Source: Squalus acanthias (taxonomy: Eukaryota). Taken from it: DNA of 64,000 nt. The stretch lies in contig CM059425.1 in NCBI GenBank assembly GCA_030390025.1, positions 170,626,001-170,690,000 of the forward strand, given 5' to 3'. Positions 47,301-60,584 of this stretch are shown piece by piece (position 1 is the first letter of the stretch; each line of letters begins with the position of its first letter). Under the pieces are notes generated by a model. It saw nothing but the letters and a program-made list of their open reading frames with translations, was not told the DNA's origin and made no database searches. Both the position numbers and the translations under genes were made by a program.

Positions 47301-50300
47301 CCAGGACTTGAAAGGCTGGTTTGTGAAAGTATTTAGTATGGACATTGCATTTAAGGATATTTAATACTGGATTTATATTGTTATCCAGTAGATTCACACT
47401 GATACGCTCCAGGGTCCGTACTGTTTAAAATGCAGCAGTCTCTGACTTTTCAAATCCCACTGTGAAAGCAAGGAGAGTACACACTAGTGCAATGACTTCA
47501 AGTCACCATACTGGCATCTCTAGCTGCCTCGAAACACTCCAGGAAATCTAACGATGTCTTTAGTATTCCAAAAAGACGTTGCATTCACATGTTAATCTGT
47601 TGAATCCGACATCCTTTTGGAATAGTAATTGACTCCAACTCAACCAGTGTACCTGAGCTTCTCCAAGACCCATCGCAATCATTGGCCTTACTCCCAAAAT
47701 GACTCAGAATTCAGTAGTTCACTGACAACTAATGGCACACAGCCCTTATTCCTGAATTTTTCACATCTAAAATCATAGCCACAACCTCCCACACTCACCC
47801 ATTTCTTCCTTCCCATGCCCATCCAATACATCCCTTCAATGGGTTGTTTCCTGATGAATTTGGCTACTAGGTGGGGATTGGGTGGAAAAACACTGGAATT
47901 AAAAAAAAAAAAAAATTTTAAGATAAATATTGCTCATGCACCAGCTACGTGCTTGTACACGGTCATGCTCATATAATGCCTGTGCATGTGCAATTATATT
48001 TTTAAACTTTTGTTTTTAAACTTTAGCTAGTCCCTGATAAATGTAGGGGAGAACTCAGTCTGCAGTGCTAATGGTCCACAGCAGACAAAGAATAGGAAGA
48101 GGGGCAGTGGGCATATTATCTCCTCCTGATCCGTTCTGAAAAAGTTTATTTAGTATTAAACCAGTGGGTTCCAGAGCCAAGAATTATAAGGACAACAAAT
48201 TCGAAAACAAATTTGAGGCACTTTTCATACTAAATGGGAAAGAAGGATTTCATACACGTATGATGGGAGGAGACGATCCAGAGCAAACCTTTCACTGGTA
48301 CAAGCTACCAATACAATTGGCAGTAGTTGCAGTAGTGCTGTAGTTCTACTGCATTCAATAGACGACTAATCGTTGAAATCAGCCAACATCTAACTTCCAA
48401 AACACAATGCGGGTAATTTTGCCTTTGGGTGATATCGAATCAGCCGCCTACCCCTCCCCTTTTTCATTTCCATTGACTTCATTGGCAGTCTGAACAAGAC
48501 CAACCTCAGAGGGGGGTTTGACACAGGTGATGGTGATAACGTTCTTATCGTTTACTATGCGAGTATCCGAATCACATTTATAAAACAAAGGCAATTTTTC
48601 TCCCATGTATCTATACCGCTAATCATATACAATGTACATGAGGCAGCTCCCCTCAATCCACACTTCTCAGACTGAAAATAGTGAACCGAGATTGCTCAAT
48701 AGTAGAATTGCTCACAAGCACTCAAGTTGCAAGAGGGTTTTTTTTGAGGCGTAGTTCTATCTCGGAGTTCAAAAGGCTTCTAATAGTTGAAACACTTGAA
48801 ATAATAGTTCCATTTTAGTTTTTTCTGTCTCAAACATTCCCAAATGAAATTAATGTCACTTTTGCACAAACTAAACCCTATTGGTTTATAAATGTATTCT
48901 GCCTAGTTTATTCACTGTGCTGTGCTACAAATTTTTCCTGTACCACAACCTTTACAAAGGTATTGGTTAAAAACTGACTTTGGCCACAGGCATACTTTTA
49001 GACTGTAAACAGTTTTCAAAAGAAATTTGTTAGTTTAATGCTAATTTTCCATGAGTCACCTTTTAATGTACTTAACACAGCTTTATGTCAATTGAGGTTT
49101 ACCAGTCAAAACTGGGAGATTATAGCCTCCAGGTACATGAGCTATCTGCAGCCTGCGGCATTGCTGCAGGAAACTCAAATCTGTTAACTGCATCCAGAAA
49201 AACAGTCTGCACTAAAATAAAAGCTTCATCAATGCAACAGCATTGACATTTTTATTTTCTAAAACTCAAACTTTGCACATCACTGTGAATAAGCCACTTA
49301 AGCTGTATATTTATCACTTACTTTACAATTGGTTTCACATTAATGTGAGGTTTAACAAGCAAGATTACATTGATACCGTTATGAGCTCAACCTTCAAACA
49401 TAGCTTCAGCATCCCTCAGCTTTGCCTGCTGCATCTTATTACGGAGAAATGGAGAACACCATTTCTCATCACTTCTGGTAAAGCTTGTTATAAAATTGTG
49501 TCTTGCAGAGCCAGGAGCCAAACTCCCAGGAATCAAACATCTGAAAAGGCCTTAGTTGGACCGTAATTTCTTTACCAAGGTTACACCTGTGGCTCCCGTG
49601 GCATTTCACAAAGAGAATGTTGCAGCTGGGTAAAGCTCTGTTACTAATTGGTCCATGTTCAAGAGTGACGAGCAGCCCTGTAGCCTATCAAGAAATGCCT
49701 TTTTTTTCAATCCGTGAAATAAGACAAGTTATTCAAAATGTATTTTCTCTCAGCTTGTAGCAAAAGCTCTATTTAAACTACGTGTTTTATTCTGGAGTAA
49801 ATTTACCATGACCTCAGTGTCAAGTGAAACAGCTGAAGTGTACACTGCTTTATGCCAGAGTCAGGCCAATAAAATAAACTTACTGTTCAAACCATATTCT
49901 ACTAGAATGACAGTAATATGTACCCTCCTATACACTGCTCCGCTTTATGTTTGCGTTACTTGTGTGCAGGGCAATGCCAGAGCGGTGATGTAGTGTCATT
50001 GCAATCCCATCCATCCTGGGTGCCTGAACAGATGGATTTCAGGGCTCTAAGGTCCGTGATGGTATAACCAAAGTTGGCCTTAGACCTTCGTCTCGGACTA
50101 GGTATTAATACAACCACACCATGTACAATTGTAAGCATAGTAATCCATTCTGTATTGAGTTTGTGGCTAGAAATAAATGTTATTACCATCCAGTCCTTGC
50201 TGATCTACACTGGCTTTCTGTCGCCAATGCCTCAAGATTACAATCTTGTGCTTGTCTTTAAATTCATCCATGCCACCACCCCGGGCTATCTCCACAACCT

Positions 50301-50569
50301 CATCCAGTTTGCTGGTTGCAGCCAACATTTTGTCATTAAGGCTATTTCAAAGTAAAGATTATTTGCTTCCAAAAATTCTGTGGAAATAATTAAAAATTGG
50401 GAAATATTGCCTGGATCTGCAGATAAACTAGAGATACCATTAAGAATGGGAATCCACATAAAAAGAGAAAAATTAAAAAGTTGTACAACTGGGATCATAG
50501 GGGTAATATTATGCAATGCGCTCTGACCCTGAGTCCCTGCCCATTGGGAACACATCATCTGAGTGTTTA

Positions 50570-50800
50570 AGATGATTCAAAGATTTGATAGGGTAGATAG
50601 AGAGATGCTATTCCCTCTGGTGGAGGAGTCCAGAACAAGGGAGCATAACCTTAAAAGCTGAGCTTGATAGATTTTTGTTAGGTAAGTGTATTAAAGGTTA
50701 CGGAACCAAGCCGGGTAGATGGAGTTAAGACACAGATCAGCCATGATGTAATTGAATGGCAGAACAGGGAGGGGCTGAATGGCCTATTCCCAAGTCTTTC
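50570..50800 (+). mobile_element. CR1 3' fragment
   Basis: gatagggtagatagagag...gagtccagaacaagg...cagatcagccatgat...gaatggcctattcc. Confidence 0.75.
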
Positions 50801-51353
50801 TTTCTTTTTATTTCTATATTCCACATATTAGGAATTTGGGTGTGCGTCGCCCACAATTTTCCATCCAAAGAAAGTCATGGAAAGCGAGTGTGGAAATTCC
50901 CGATGCGCATTCCTGGCAGGTGAGACTCCGTGCTGGAGCACAATTTTGTAAAATGACCCCTCAGAGGGGCACGTAACTGAGCTTTCGAGCTCGGTAATGA
51001 CATGAATTCCCCAAATTACACTACCACGTCCGAGGATCAAGATATAGAAACTCAAATCAAGAGATTTTCAGCAACAAAGCAGAGTTTAAAAAATTAAGCC
51101 CATTACTGTTTCCAAATAACATTTCTCTTTATTTTGAATGGGTAAGTGCCTCCATTAAAGCTTCAGAGGAGCCATAGGGAAGCGCTAACAGTTTGTATGC
51201 TAACTTGGCACAGTCATTTCTAGGTTCTAATATTATTAAATTGTAAGAGGAAAGGGAAATAAAATCCCAATCAGCTAACTATTTGAATCCATTCTAGTCC
51301 AAGGAAATATTTTTTTCACAGATATTTCACTAATTCTTGAAAGTGGAAACTAT

Positions 51354-51533
51354 GGCCCTGAATTTCCACAAGGGTTGTCCCAATCTCCCACCATAAGTTT
51401 AGTAGTAGATTGGCAGAACCTCCAGGAAAACAGCTTAAAGCGCCCACTTATGCCATTTCTTCCGGGGATTCTACCAATCTCTCACTGAAGTTATAGTGGG
51501 AGATAAGGATAAGCCTTGTGGAAATTCAGGGCC
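51354..51533. mobile_element. 180-bp palindromic MITE
   Basis: ggccctgaatttccacaagg / ccttgtggaaattcagggcc is a perfect 20-bp inverted repeat, and inverted symmetry continues inward. Confidence 0.85.
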
Positions 51534-51603
51534 ATAAATACTTAAGATATTGGACTCCAAAAAATAACTCCAAAAAAAGACTTACTTAGTCTGTAAAGAT
51601 AGT

Positions 51604-52074
51604 GGGGTAGAAATTTGTTATGGCCTGTTTTCAGACACGCAACTGATGGCACGCTTCCAGCGCACACTCAAACCGGGAACCTTAGGCTCGATGAAAATTG
51701 GGCGTCAGGCCACATCTTAATAATAGTGGTGAACTGTCGGCCTACAGAGGCAGTTTGGCACTTTGCTGCTCTCCAATTTGAGCCAACTGTCTCGTTGGCA
51801 GTGGCCATTGGTAAGTCTAGGATGGGTAGGCAAACAGGAGGGGTGGGCGAGCGTGGGCTGCCAGTGGCTCCTAGTATTAATCAGGAGGTAAGAGGAGCAG
51901 TCCTGCCCTTCCAGGATCCACATTGAGGTAAGTATAAAAAACTTACTTGATGGCCTAAAATAAGGCCCTGACGGATTTCGGAATGGCCTGAATGCTCTCA
52001 CACATCAACACAGGCCGTTACACTGTTTAAATTCATCATCTTAAAATGGGCGCATTGATGTGAAATTTCTCCCC
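51604..52074. mobile_element. Harbinger-type MITE
   Basis: GGGGTAGAAATTT / aaatttctcccc ends. Confidence 0.7.
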
Positions 52075-53133
52075 AATAGCCTTGGTGATTATTAACTAAG
52101 CAGATTTTAGGCCTATTTTATTTTCAAAGTCCTCCCCACCACCCCTGCTCCCAAAGAAAATTTGAAAAAATAGTGCAACTTACTTGGCAATTTTCAAATC
52201 ATGAGATGACAGAATTGAACTACAGTGCAATAGAAATGTATATTTCAAAAAAACTAATATAGTTGAATCTGGGGTTACATTTGCATGACAAAAATAAAGC
52301 ACTGAAATATAAATTAGTAAGATTTCATGGTTCTGTATCGATCTAAAATCTATACCCGTTTTCAAATTATTTTATAATCTAAACCTGACATCTAGTCAAA
52401 TAAATATGCAATTGCTCTAAAGGCAAAATATTTAGAAAATGAACCATAGTAGGCAATGGAATGCCATAATCTCCTGTAATCTTCATTTTCTATTTAAGCT
52501 CCCCAGAGGCAACCTGGACCTTTGATCTGCAAACTGAACTTTCTGTTGTTCTGTTTAAATTCATTCCCTACACAATGAGGTTGTCATGGTACTCATTTAT
52601 TCTCCTCCATAAGAATGCCTTTCAAGCACTAAATGTAAGCTCACTGTACCTTTACCCTCTGAAGTTTATGAAAGCTTTTATTTTGCATCAAAATAAGGAT
52701 ATAGACCCTGAAATTCCACAGGGGTCTGTTGGTCATTTGCCGTAACTCCAGCAGGAGATTGGTGGAACGGCCAGGGAATCAGTGGAAACCTAATTGTGCC
52801 GGGTTTCCGCTATTTCCAGGAATTTCTTCACTGCCTTGTAAGTGACGGACATCCGGCCTGCACTTACAATGCAAATGATGGGCAGGTTGAAAAGCCGGGG
52901 CAGGGACTTCCTAAGCCAGGAGTTCCCATTTCTGAGGCTCATTCAGGACCCATTACTTCTGTAACCGCCAGGATTGTGGCCTGACCATTATAGATCAGTT
53001 AGCCTAACTTCTGTTGTCGGGAAATTGCTCGAGGCTATAATTAAGGATAGGGTGACTGAACACCTGCAGCGTGTTACATGATTTTTAAAAAAATGCAGAT
53101 TTTGAAAATTCCCTTGGAAATTAGCAGCACAAT

Positions 53134-53659
53134 GGCCTCAATATAAACGGGGAGGCGGGAAGGGTGCAGAGGAACTCAGTAGCAGGCAGAGAACCCGGCA
53201 AGGCCAGTGACGATCTTAGTGGCAGGGCCTCATTTAAATAGGACACTGCAGACTCCCACCTGACAGCCGTCCAGATTGACAGCCTAGCTAGCGGGCGGGA
53301 GCGGAAATTAGCAGCAGGAGGCCACAGCCGGGGACCCGTGGAAACGGCCGTGGTTAGGATCGGGAGGAGGAGGAGGAGCCTGAAAGATCAGAAAGCGCAG
53401 GACGTCCCCTGTGGTGAGGTTAAAAATAAGCCATGGCACCAATGTGATCATTGACTTTTGCATGTTAAGCAGGCCCCCGCTGCCTTTAGCAGGATCCTTG
53501 TCCAGGGCCTTGAATTGCCACTGTAAATATTACGCCGGCCGGGAATGGAGTCGGGTTGAGTTCGGATTGTTCAATCTCGATATTTTAATGCCTCCCCCAA
53601 CCCTCTCTTGCCTGTTGTGGGGGGGGAGGGGGGGGGGCGGGGGGGTTAAAATCGAGGCC
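53134..53659. mobile_element. Harbinger-type MITE
   Basis: ggcctcaat / atcgaggcc ends, TSD AAT (53131-53133 / 53660-53662). Confidence 0.75.
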
Positions 53660-55102
53660 AATAAGTTTCATTTATTTTAAGATTTCCCTCTAATTTAGGT
53701 TTTAAATTTGTTTATAATACTTGAAATTCTTTCAGCAATTGTTTTCCCTCATTTGGCTTTTAAAACATGCTTTCTGCCCATTTAGCTTACAATGGAAGCT
53801 TTCTTGCAGCTGTCAATCATGAGATTTTCATGTCAAGGATAAACAGTTAACTATTGTTTCACAGAACCTGAGAACATCTAAATACTTCTCTCGGGGTGGG
53901 GGGGGGGGTGGAATCTGTTAATTTTTCCTACAGATTTATATACATGTGATATATAATTAGGAAGAAGGAGAGAAAAAGAGTCCAGTCCTATGGGTTGTTA
54001 GAATAAATGCATTTAAAGCGCATGTGTGGCATCAAATTGGATGTGAAAACTTGACTTTCAACTGATAATCATCTTCCTGTCCTCCCAGTGGCTTATAGCC
54101 TGAGGTTTCATTTCCAAAGTTTCAAATCCTTTTATTTCATAATACCCTTTGAAATTTTTGTTTTAATTAGCTTGTTGACTTTTTAAAATCAGTTTATTTG
54201 GGTTTTGCAATTCTTTGTCATTTCTGGACTGTCTGAATTTATTTTTGTAATGAAGCTTCAATGTAGCTTCACCATGAACACCTTTAGCTGAATTCAGCCA
54301 TACAGCCCAGTTTATTTTTATTCAGATAAGTGAGATATTTGAATTACCTTAGGGTCAGATACGACAATTATTCATCGCAGCAGCTTTCTATTGATCAGAA
54401 AGAAGGCACAAACGATCCATTGGGGGAGATTTATCATCATCCTTGCGCCTGTTTTACTGTAAAAGGGGTGCAACAAGGACCAGTTTTGCAGTGAAATGGC
54501 CCGCACCCGATCAGCATGCATGTGGCGGCCCAGGCGGTTGCATGAAAGGAGAGCGGGCCTCATATCAATATTGATACGTTCCTGTGCCCTTTTCACGACC
54601 CGTTTATTAAATTCCATAAAACTTCAAAATGTAGAGAAAATGTTTTATATCAATTATTTTGTTTCACTAAAAATACTGACATGTAAGTGGAAGCAATATT
54701 ATATTAAACTAATTATGTAAGAAAAGTATTGAGTTAATTCTTCAAATACTATACAAGGCTTGCCACTTAATCCTCTTTTGTTAAATTTAGAGTGAGACAT
54801 TATCAGATGGAAAGAAGTTACTCAGTTATTAATCTTCAATAACGAGACTATTTCCTTATGCACAGCAATCATTTTTCAACTTTTTTTAGCATTGCATTTT
54901 GTGGAACATTTTGCGAGGTATATGCGTTACATAAATTCATCAGTCAAAGGTCAAAAATATTATAAAATATCAAGCAAAATATGTTGCAGGCAATAACAAT
55001 TTTCAATCACAAACGATACATTATAGTGATATCATTCTAGCAGGAGCCTTTCGTTGCTATCAGCTTGGCAGTATGGTATTTTCGAGTAATATAATTAAGA
55101 TA

Positions 55103-55515
55103 CAACAACAACAAGAACAACTTGTATTTATATAGCGCCTTTAACATAGTAAAACGTCCCAAGGCACTTCACAGGAGTATTAAAAGACAAAAAATTTGAC
55201 ACCGAGCCACATAAGGAGAAATTAGGGCAGGTGACCAAAAGCTTGGTCAAAGAGTTAGGTTTTAAGGAGCGTCTTAAAAGAGGAAAGAGAGGTAGAGAGG
55301 CGGAGAGGTTTAGGCAGGGAATTCCAGAGCTTAGGGCCTAGGCAACAGAAGGCACGCCACCAATGGTTGAGCGATTATAATCAGGGATGCTCAAGAGGCC
55401 AGAATTAGAGGAGCGCAGATATCTCAGGGGGGGGGGTTGTGGGGCTGAAGGAGATTACAGAGATAGGTGGGGGGGGGCGAGGCCGTGAAGGGATTTGAAA
55501 ACAAGGATGAGATAC
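55103..55515 (-). mobile_element. L2 3' end
   Basis: (caa)n tail followed by ttgtatttatatagcgcctttaac...aaggcacttcacaggag, as in 29160-29306. Confidence 0.85.
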
Positions 55516-55855
55516 ATAAGGTAGATCACAGAAAGACGACCTGGCAGTTGGCAAGATTAGTTTTGTTTTCAATGTTCGTCAGTGAGAAGTTATATACTTT
55601 TGGTATGGATGCTCTTGGGTTATGGGAATGATTATGATAGCAGGATAATAACGTGCATAAGTTAATACCATCATTCTAAATTTAGATCACCAATTCAGAG
55701 CAATTTAAAAAACTAATAGCTCCCAAGCTTCTTTTCAAATTAAATATTTTATTTTGTATCTCCATGAGCTTTTGAAATGAGTGTAGGCTTTGCTAAGATT
55801 GTACAATTGTTTATGGGCTACTGTATCCAGTAGGGTAGCAATGTTAACCATAGGC

Positions 55856-56185
55856 TTAGAACATAAGAACATAAGAAATAGGAGCAGGAGTCGGCCATTC
55901 AGCCCTTCGAGCCTGCCCCGCCATTCAATAAGATCATGGCTGATCTTCTACCTCAACTCCACCTTCCCGCACAATCTCCATATTCCTTGGTTCCCTTCGT
56001 ATCCAAAAATCTGTCGATCTCAGTCTTGAATATACTCAACGACTGAGCATTCACAGCCCTCTGGGGTAGAGAATTCCAAAAATTCACAACCCATTTGAGT
56101 GAAGATATTTCTTCTCATCTCAGTCCTAAATGGCCGACCACTTATTCTGAGACAGTGACCCCTAGTTCTAGACTCCTCAGTCAGG
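55856..56185 (-). mobile_element. CR1 3' end
   Basis: agaacataagaacataagaaataggagcaggagtcggccattc..., homologous to 36716-37040. Confidence 0.88.
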
Positions 56186-56386
56186 CAGGGAGTTTTGCTT
56201 AGGGTAGATTTATATTGCAGCTAACCATCTGAGCCCAATAGCTGCAGTTTGTGTTCCAGTCCGGTAGACTTGTGTTTTCATTACTTAGTCCCTATTTGGC
56301 TGGAACTTTAATTGTCATGTTTAGAAGAGAGAACTCTATAAATGCCTGGACACATGCATGCACAGAGCTTTCTCCCAACAGTTAGA

Positions 56387-56956
56387 GGGGTTGATTTTAA
56401 CTTGTAGAAATCAGTGTTAATCAGTTACGGCCTCAAAATGGGGTCAGTAGACTTAGCACCCCGTTAACATTGATGCTCTACCCGCTGCTAGTTTACCACT
56501 GGGCAGCCAAAGAGCCTGCCTATTTCAGGCAGCAAGCCCCTTTTAATATGCAAATTGGGGTCCTATGACGTACATAGGACCCCGATTGTTATTTCAGGAC
56601 AGAACTGGTCGGAGCGTGTGCCATGCACATTCCGACCAGTTTCACTGGTGATAGAGTCGAAGAGGCCCCAAGAAAGATAAGCTTTTTTTTGGGAGGGGCA
56701 GGAGTGCTCCTCAAGACTCCACAAAAATAATCTGGGCCACTGTAGTCCCAGGCCCGCTCCTGCACGATCACAACACCCCCTCCACCCTACCTTGCTGCCG
56801 GCCAATATTGCGGCAGGTTGAATTTGATGAACTGCATCAGGACACCTGTTCGGGGTGAGCAGCTCGCCAGTTATCTTTAAATGAAGCCTCAAAATGGATC
56901 CGGCTTCTTCGCTGCCGGCATGGGCAGACTGACGCCGAAAAGTTAAAATCAACCCC
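56387..56956. mobile_element. Harbinger-type MITE
   Basis: 17-bp TIR GGGGTTGATTTTAACTT, TSD AGA (56384-56386 / 56957-56959). Confidence 0.85.
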
Positions 56957-59740
56957 AGAAATGTAAATGTTTAGATTGTGGAGGAGGGAGTGCTCCTGTT
57001 GTCTAAACATTTTAATTAATGACAATTAGGTTTATAAAAATGCCAGTGGGTCCAAACAGATAATCTATGTTTGACGGCGCACTGGATTTACACTCCATCT
57101 CGTCTCAAACCCAGACCCTCTTCCAGAGAGTTTCAGTCCACTTTGCTCCAGCTAGATCAGATCCTGAATCTAGATTTATGCTGCAGTAGTTCAAAGTAGA
57201 AATTGCTTCACACCAACACTAAACGTGCAGTTTAAATTTACCCTTAGTTGCAGTGTAATGCAATACATTTCCTAACTATGCCAAGCATCATGTCAGTTGG
57301 TCAGTTGGTTTCTTTCTTATTGATGCTGGACTTCATCCAAAATGAAGCCATAGCAGGCAGTACTAGAGTACTGCAATGATATGTGTTTGGATGAAGCTGC
57401 ATTGCAGCCAGGAAATCCTTCTCGAAAGCCTTGAATCACTAATAAATCCCAGGGTGACCTCTTCTCCACAGCTTCGCCAATATGCACAGAATCTGTAGAA
57501 GTCAATTAGATGTGTCTTGTGAGAGGGTTTATATATCTTGAAGTCTTTTTAGTTGCATCTCTTTGCTCTGCTACAGACACCAGTTGTTTTGTAATAAAAT
57601 AAAATCACTTTCAATCCAACCTCTACTCGATCTCAATCCAGTTCCTAGTCGGGATGGCTCCACATCGCAAAACAGCTTATAATTAGACATTAATGAAAAG
57701 TTTTACTCTGAGAGGTCACATGTGTATAGGGTGTGGGGAATGGTTAATTGGTGCCATAGGAGCTACTCTTCTGATGTTTGGGTAAGGTATATTGTTCAAA
57801 TGAAGGAAAAGGAGCATTTGACTTTGCATTCGGTTTGTACCACACCTGATCAGGGAGATTTCAGTAGTGAAACTTTGGTGAGCTGATGAAAATTACCAAA
57901 ATAACAAAAAGAAGAAGCTGCTCTTTTAGTTAGGCTGCTTAAACCTTGGGATGTAATGAGATTGGTCATTTCCTTAATGTTCAAGGGATTAACCATATCA
58001 GCAATATTTGCTAAAACTTTTCCTTGCTAAGTACTGATTTTAGAGTTCATTCACACCAGTAGAAAGTCTATGGGCTGCAATTTCACCGACCTCGGTGGGT
58101 CCGGTGCGGCTGGGGTCGGTGGTGGGTTAGAAACATAGAAACATAGAAACATAGAATCTAGGAGCAGGAGTAGGCCATTCGGCCCGTCGAGCCTGCTCCG
58201 CCATTCAATACGATCATGGCTGATCATCCAAATCCAGTACCCTGTCCCTGCTTTAATCCCCACAGTACACATATCCCACCCTACCCCCGTAACCCCACGT
58301 ATTTAATTCCCCCTAACATATCCCATCCTATCCCCATAACCCCACATATTTAATCCCCCCTAACACTAAGGGTCAATTTATCATAGCCAAATCAACCTAA
58401 CCCACACATTTTGTGACCCCGCTGCCGGCTCCAGCCCGCTGTCCAAAGTGATCTTACGCTGATTGGGCTTGTTAAGTCTGCTCAGCACGTTTCCCGGCCA
58501 ACTAAAAGGAAACGGGTCTGATGACGTCATTTAATGACGCATCATCAGCCGGTTTCCTTAAAGGGACCATGGGCAAATTGTTTTTGACAGTTCTGCTGTC
58601 AGTGCTCTACAGCACTGAGGTGCTGCAAACACTGACAAGCACTGCACAGAGGTACACGGCTGCACCCAGGCTCTCCCATGACTCCCTCCATATGCTTATG
58701 GAGGGTGTCACAGCACGCAGGGAGGTTCTCTTCCCTTCCTATGGGTGGAAGAGATCTCCCCAGGAGACCAATGTAGCCTGGTTGCACATTGCAGAGGAGG
58801 GCACAAGCAGGGATGTCGTAAGGAGGACCAGGCTGCAGTGGCGCAAACCTTTCAATGATCTCAGTAGATCACGAAACGTTACTGCAAAGCCACACTCAAC
58901 CTCATCCTGCTGTGCCACTCATCACATCCCCATCACTCTGCCTTTCCTACCCTACTCCTGCACATCCTTACTCACACCAACTTACCTTGCACCTCCACCC
59001 ATCCCTCTCTATCTACATTATCACTTCCCCATCTCACTAGCCACCCCTCACACTCACCCTCATCCTAGTCCAATTGTACCAACTAACAACACACAAGGGG
59101 AGGCACTTGGGTGGTTTAGCCAATGTTCATGTGATGTTTCTGTTAATGTGCTGTCAAGTATTGAAATCTTTATTTTCAACACTTTGCGTTCTTGGACAGA
59201 TTTGTGTGCACCTTTGGAAGTGGCTTAGTGAGTTGTAATGAATGGTGAGACATAACAGTACCCCCCGCAATGGTGATGAGTGTGAAAGGAATGGCTTGGG
59301 CATTGTAGGGATGCTTTATGGTGTTGGTGTGGCGTGGTGCCAACCTGGTGCATCATGTGGCATTCAGGGTGTACAGCGTCAAGTGAAGTGAATCTGACTA
59401 TGGTGAGGCCATCCCAGCAATGTGGTCAAGTGCTGATGTCCTCTGTCCTGTGCAGCATGAGTTGATTGCGGAGAAGATTGGTGTTGTTGTTGGTGCTGCT
59501 GGTGTGCCTGGTGCTGCTGGTGTTGGGGCTGATCATGGTGGGATTCTGAGGACCAAGGTGAGATAGTTTCAAGGGCACCGATGCTGATGTAATAGATGGC
59601 AGGTGAAGTTGAGATGACAGAAGCGATCTGTCAATGGTGAGAGAGGTTGTTCCAATGGGGTGACACTGGATACAGAAATAACAACAGAAAACGCTGGAAA
59701 AACTCAGCAGGCCAGGCAGCATCCGTGGAGAGAGAAACAG

Positions 59741-59777
59741 AGTTAACGTTTCAGGTCGAAGACCCTTCGTCAGAACT
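59741..59777 (-). ncRNA. Minimal type I hammerhead ribozyme motif
   Basis: Minus strand: agtt CTGACGA ag GGTC-ttc-GACC t GAAA CG TT aact. Stem I is AGTT/AACT and stem III is the palindrome AACGTT. Confidence 0.75.
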
Positions 59778-60103
59778 GGAAAAAAGCAGGAAATGAAATA
59801 GATTTAAAGCAAGTATAGAGCAAGTATAATACTGGGAAAAGGGGGAGGGGATGAAAGAACAAAGGGGAAGGTTAGTGGTAGTATAGAAGGCAGGAGAGAT
59901 TAAGAGACATTGAGAGATATTAAGAGATATTCAAGGCGAGAGGAGGTGGTAATGTGACAGGTTGAGGCTAGATGAAGTGTGAAATGCGCTGGCGGAATGA
60001 AGGACAGCTGCCAGCTTCAGGGAGGGAAGAAAAAAAGGGGCCAAACCAAAGGGTGGATGAAAAAATAAAATAAATATATATATATATGTGATAGGGGCCG
60101 TGG

Positions 60104-60584
60104 TTATGATCTGAAATTGTTGAACTCTATGTTGAGTCCAGAGGGCTGTTGGGTGCCTAAACGAAAGATGAGGTGCTGTTCCTCGAGCTTACGCTGAGCT
60201 TCCGTGGAACAGTGTAATAGGCCGAGGACGGTGAGGTCAGAGTGGGAGTGGAGCGGAGAATTAAAGTGACAGGCCACCGGGAGCTCGGGGTCCACCTTAC
60301 AGACTGAACGGAGGTGTTCCGCAAAGCGGTCACCCAATCTGCGTTTGGTCTCCCCAGTGTAGAGGAGACCACATCGTGAGCAGCGAATACAGTATACTAA
60401 ATTGCAGGAGGTACACGTAAATCGTTGTTTCACCTGGAAGGGGTGTTTGGGGCCCTGGACAGTGGGAAGGGGGGAGGTATAAGGGCATGTGTAGCATCTC
60501 CTGCGCTTGCACGGGAAGGTGCTGGGCGAAGGGGAAGGGGTGCTGGGGGTGGTAGAGGAGTGGACTAGGGTGTCGCGGAGGGAG
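60104..60584 (-). pseudogene. Penelope ORF C-terminus: Cys-rich linker + GIY-YIG endonuclease (5'-truncated)
   Basis: PCKRRRCYTC, then NLVYCIRCSRCGLLYTGETKRRLGDRFAEH...VACHFN...RKLEEQHLIFRLGTQQPSGLN. Confidence 0.9.

Noticed and set aside
44400..58000. Host exons among the short ORFs
   Set aside because: No ORF shows a recognisable domain or consistent splice structure. Small exons cannot be excluded without RNA data.
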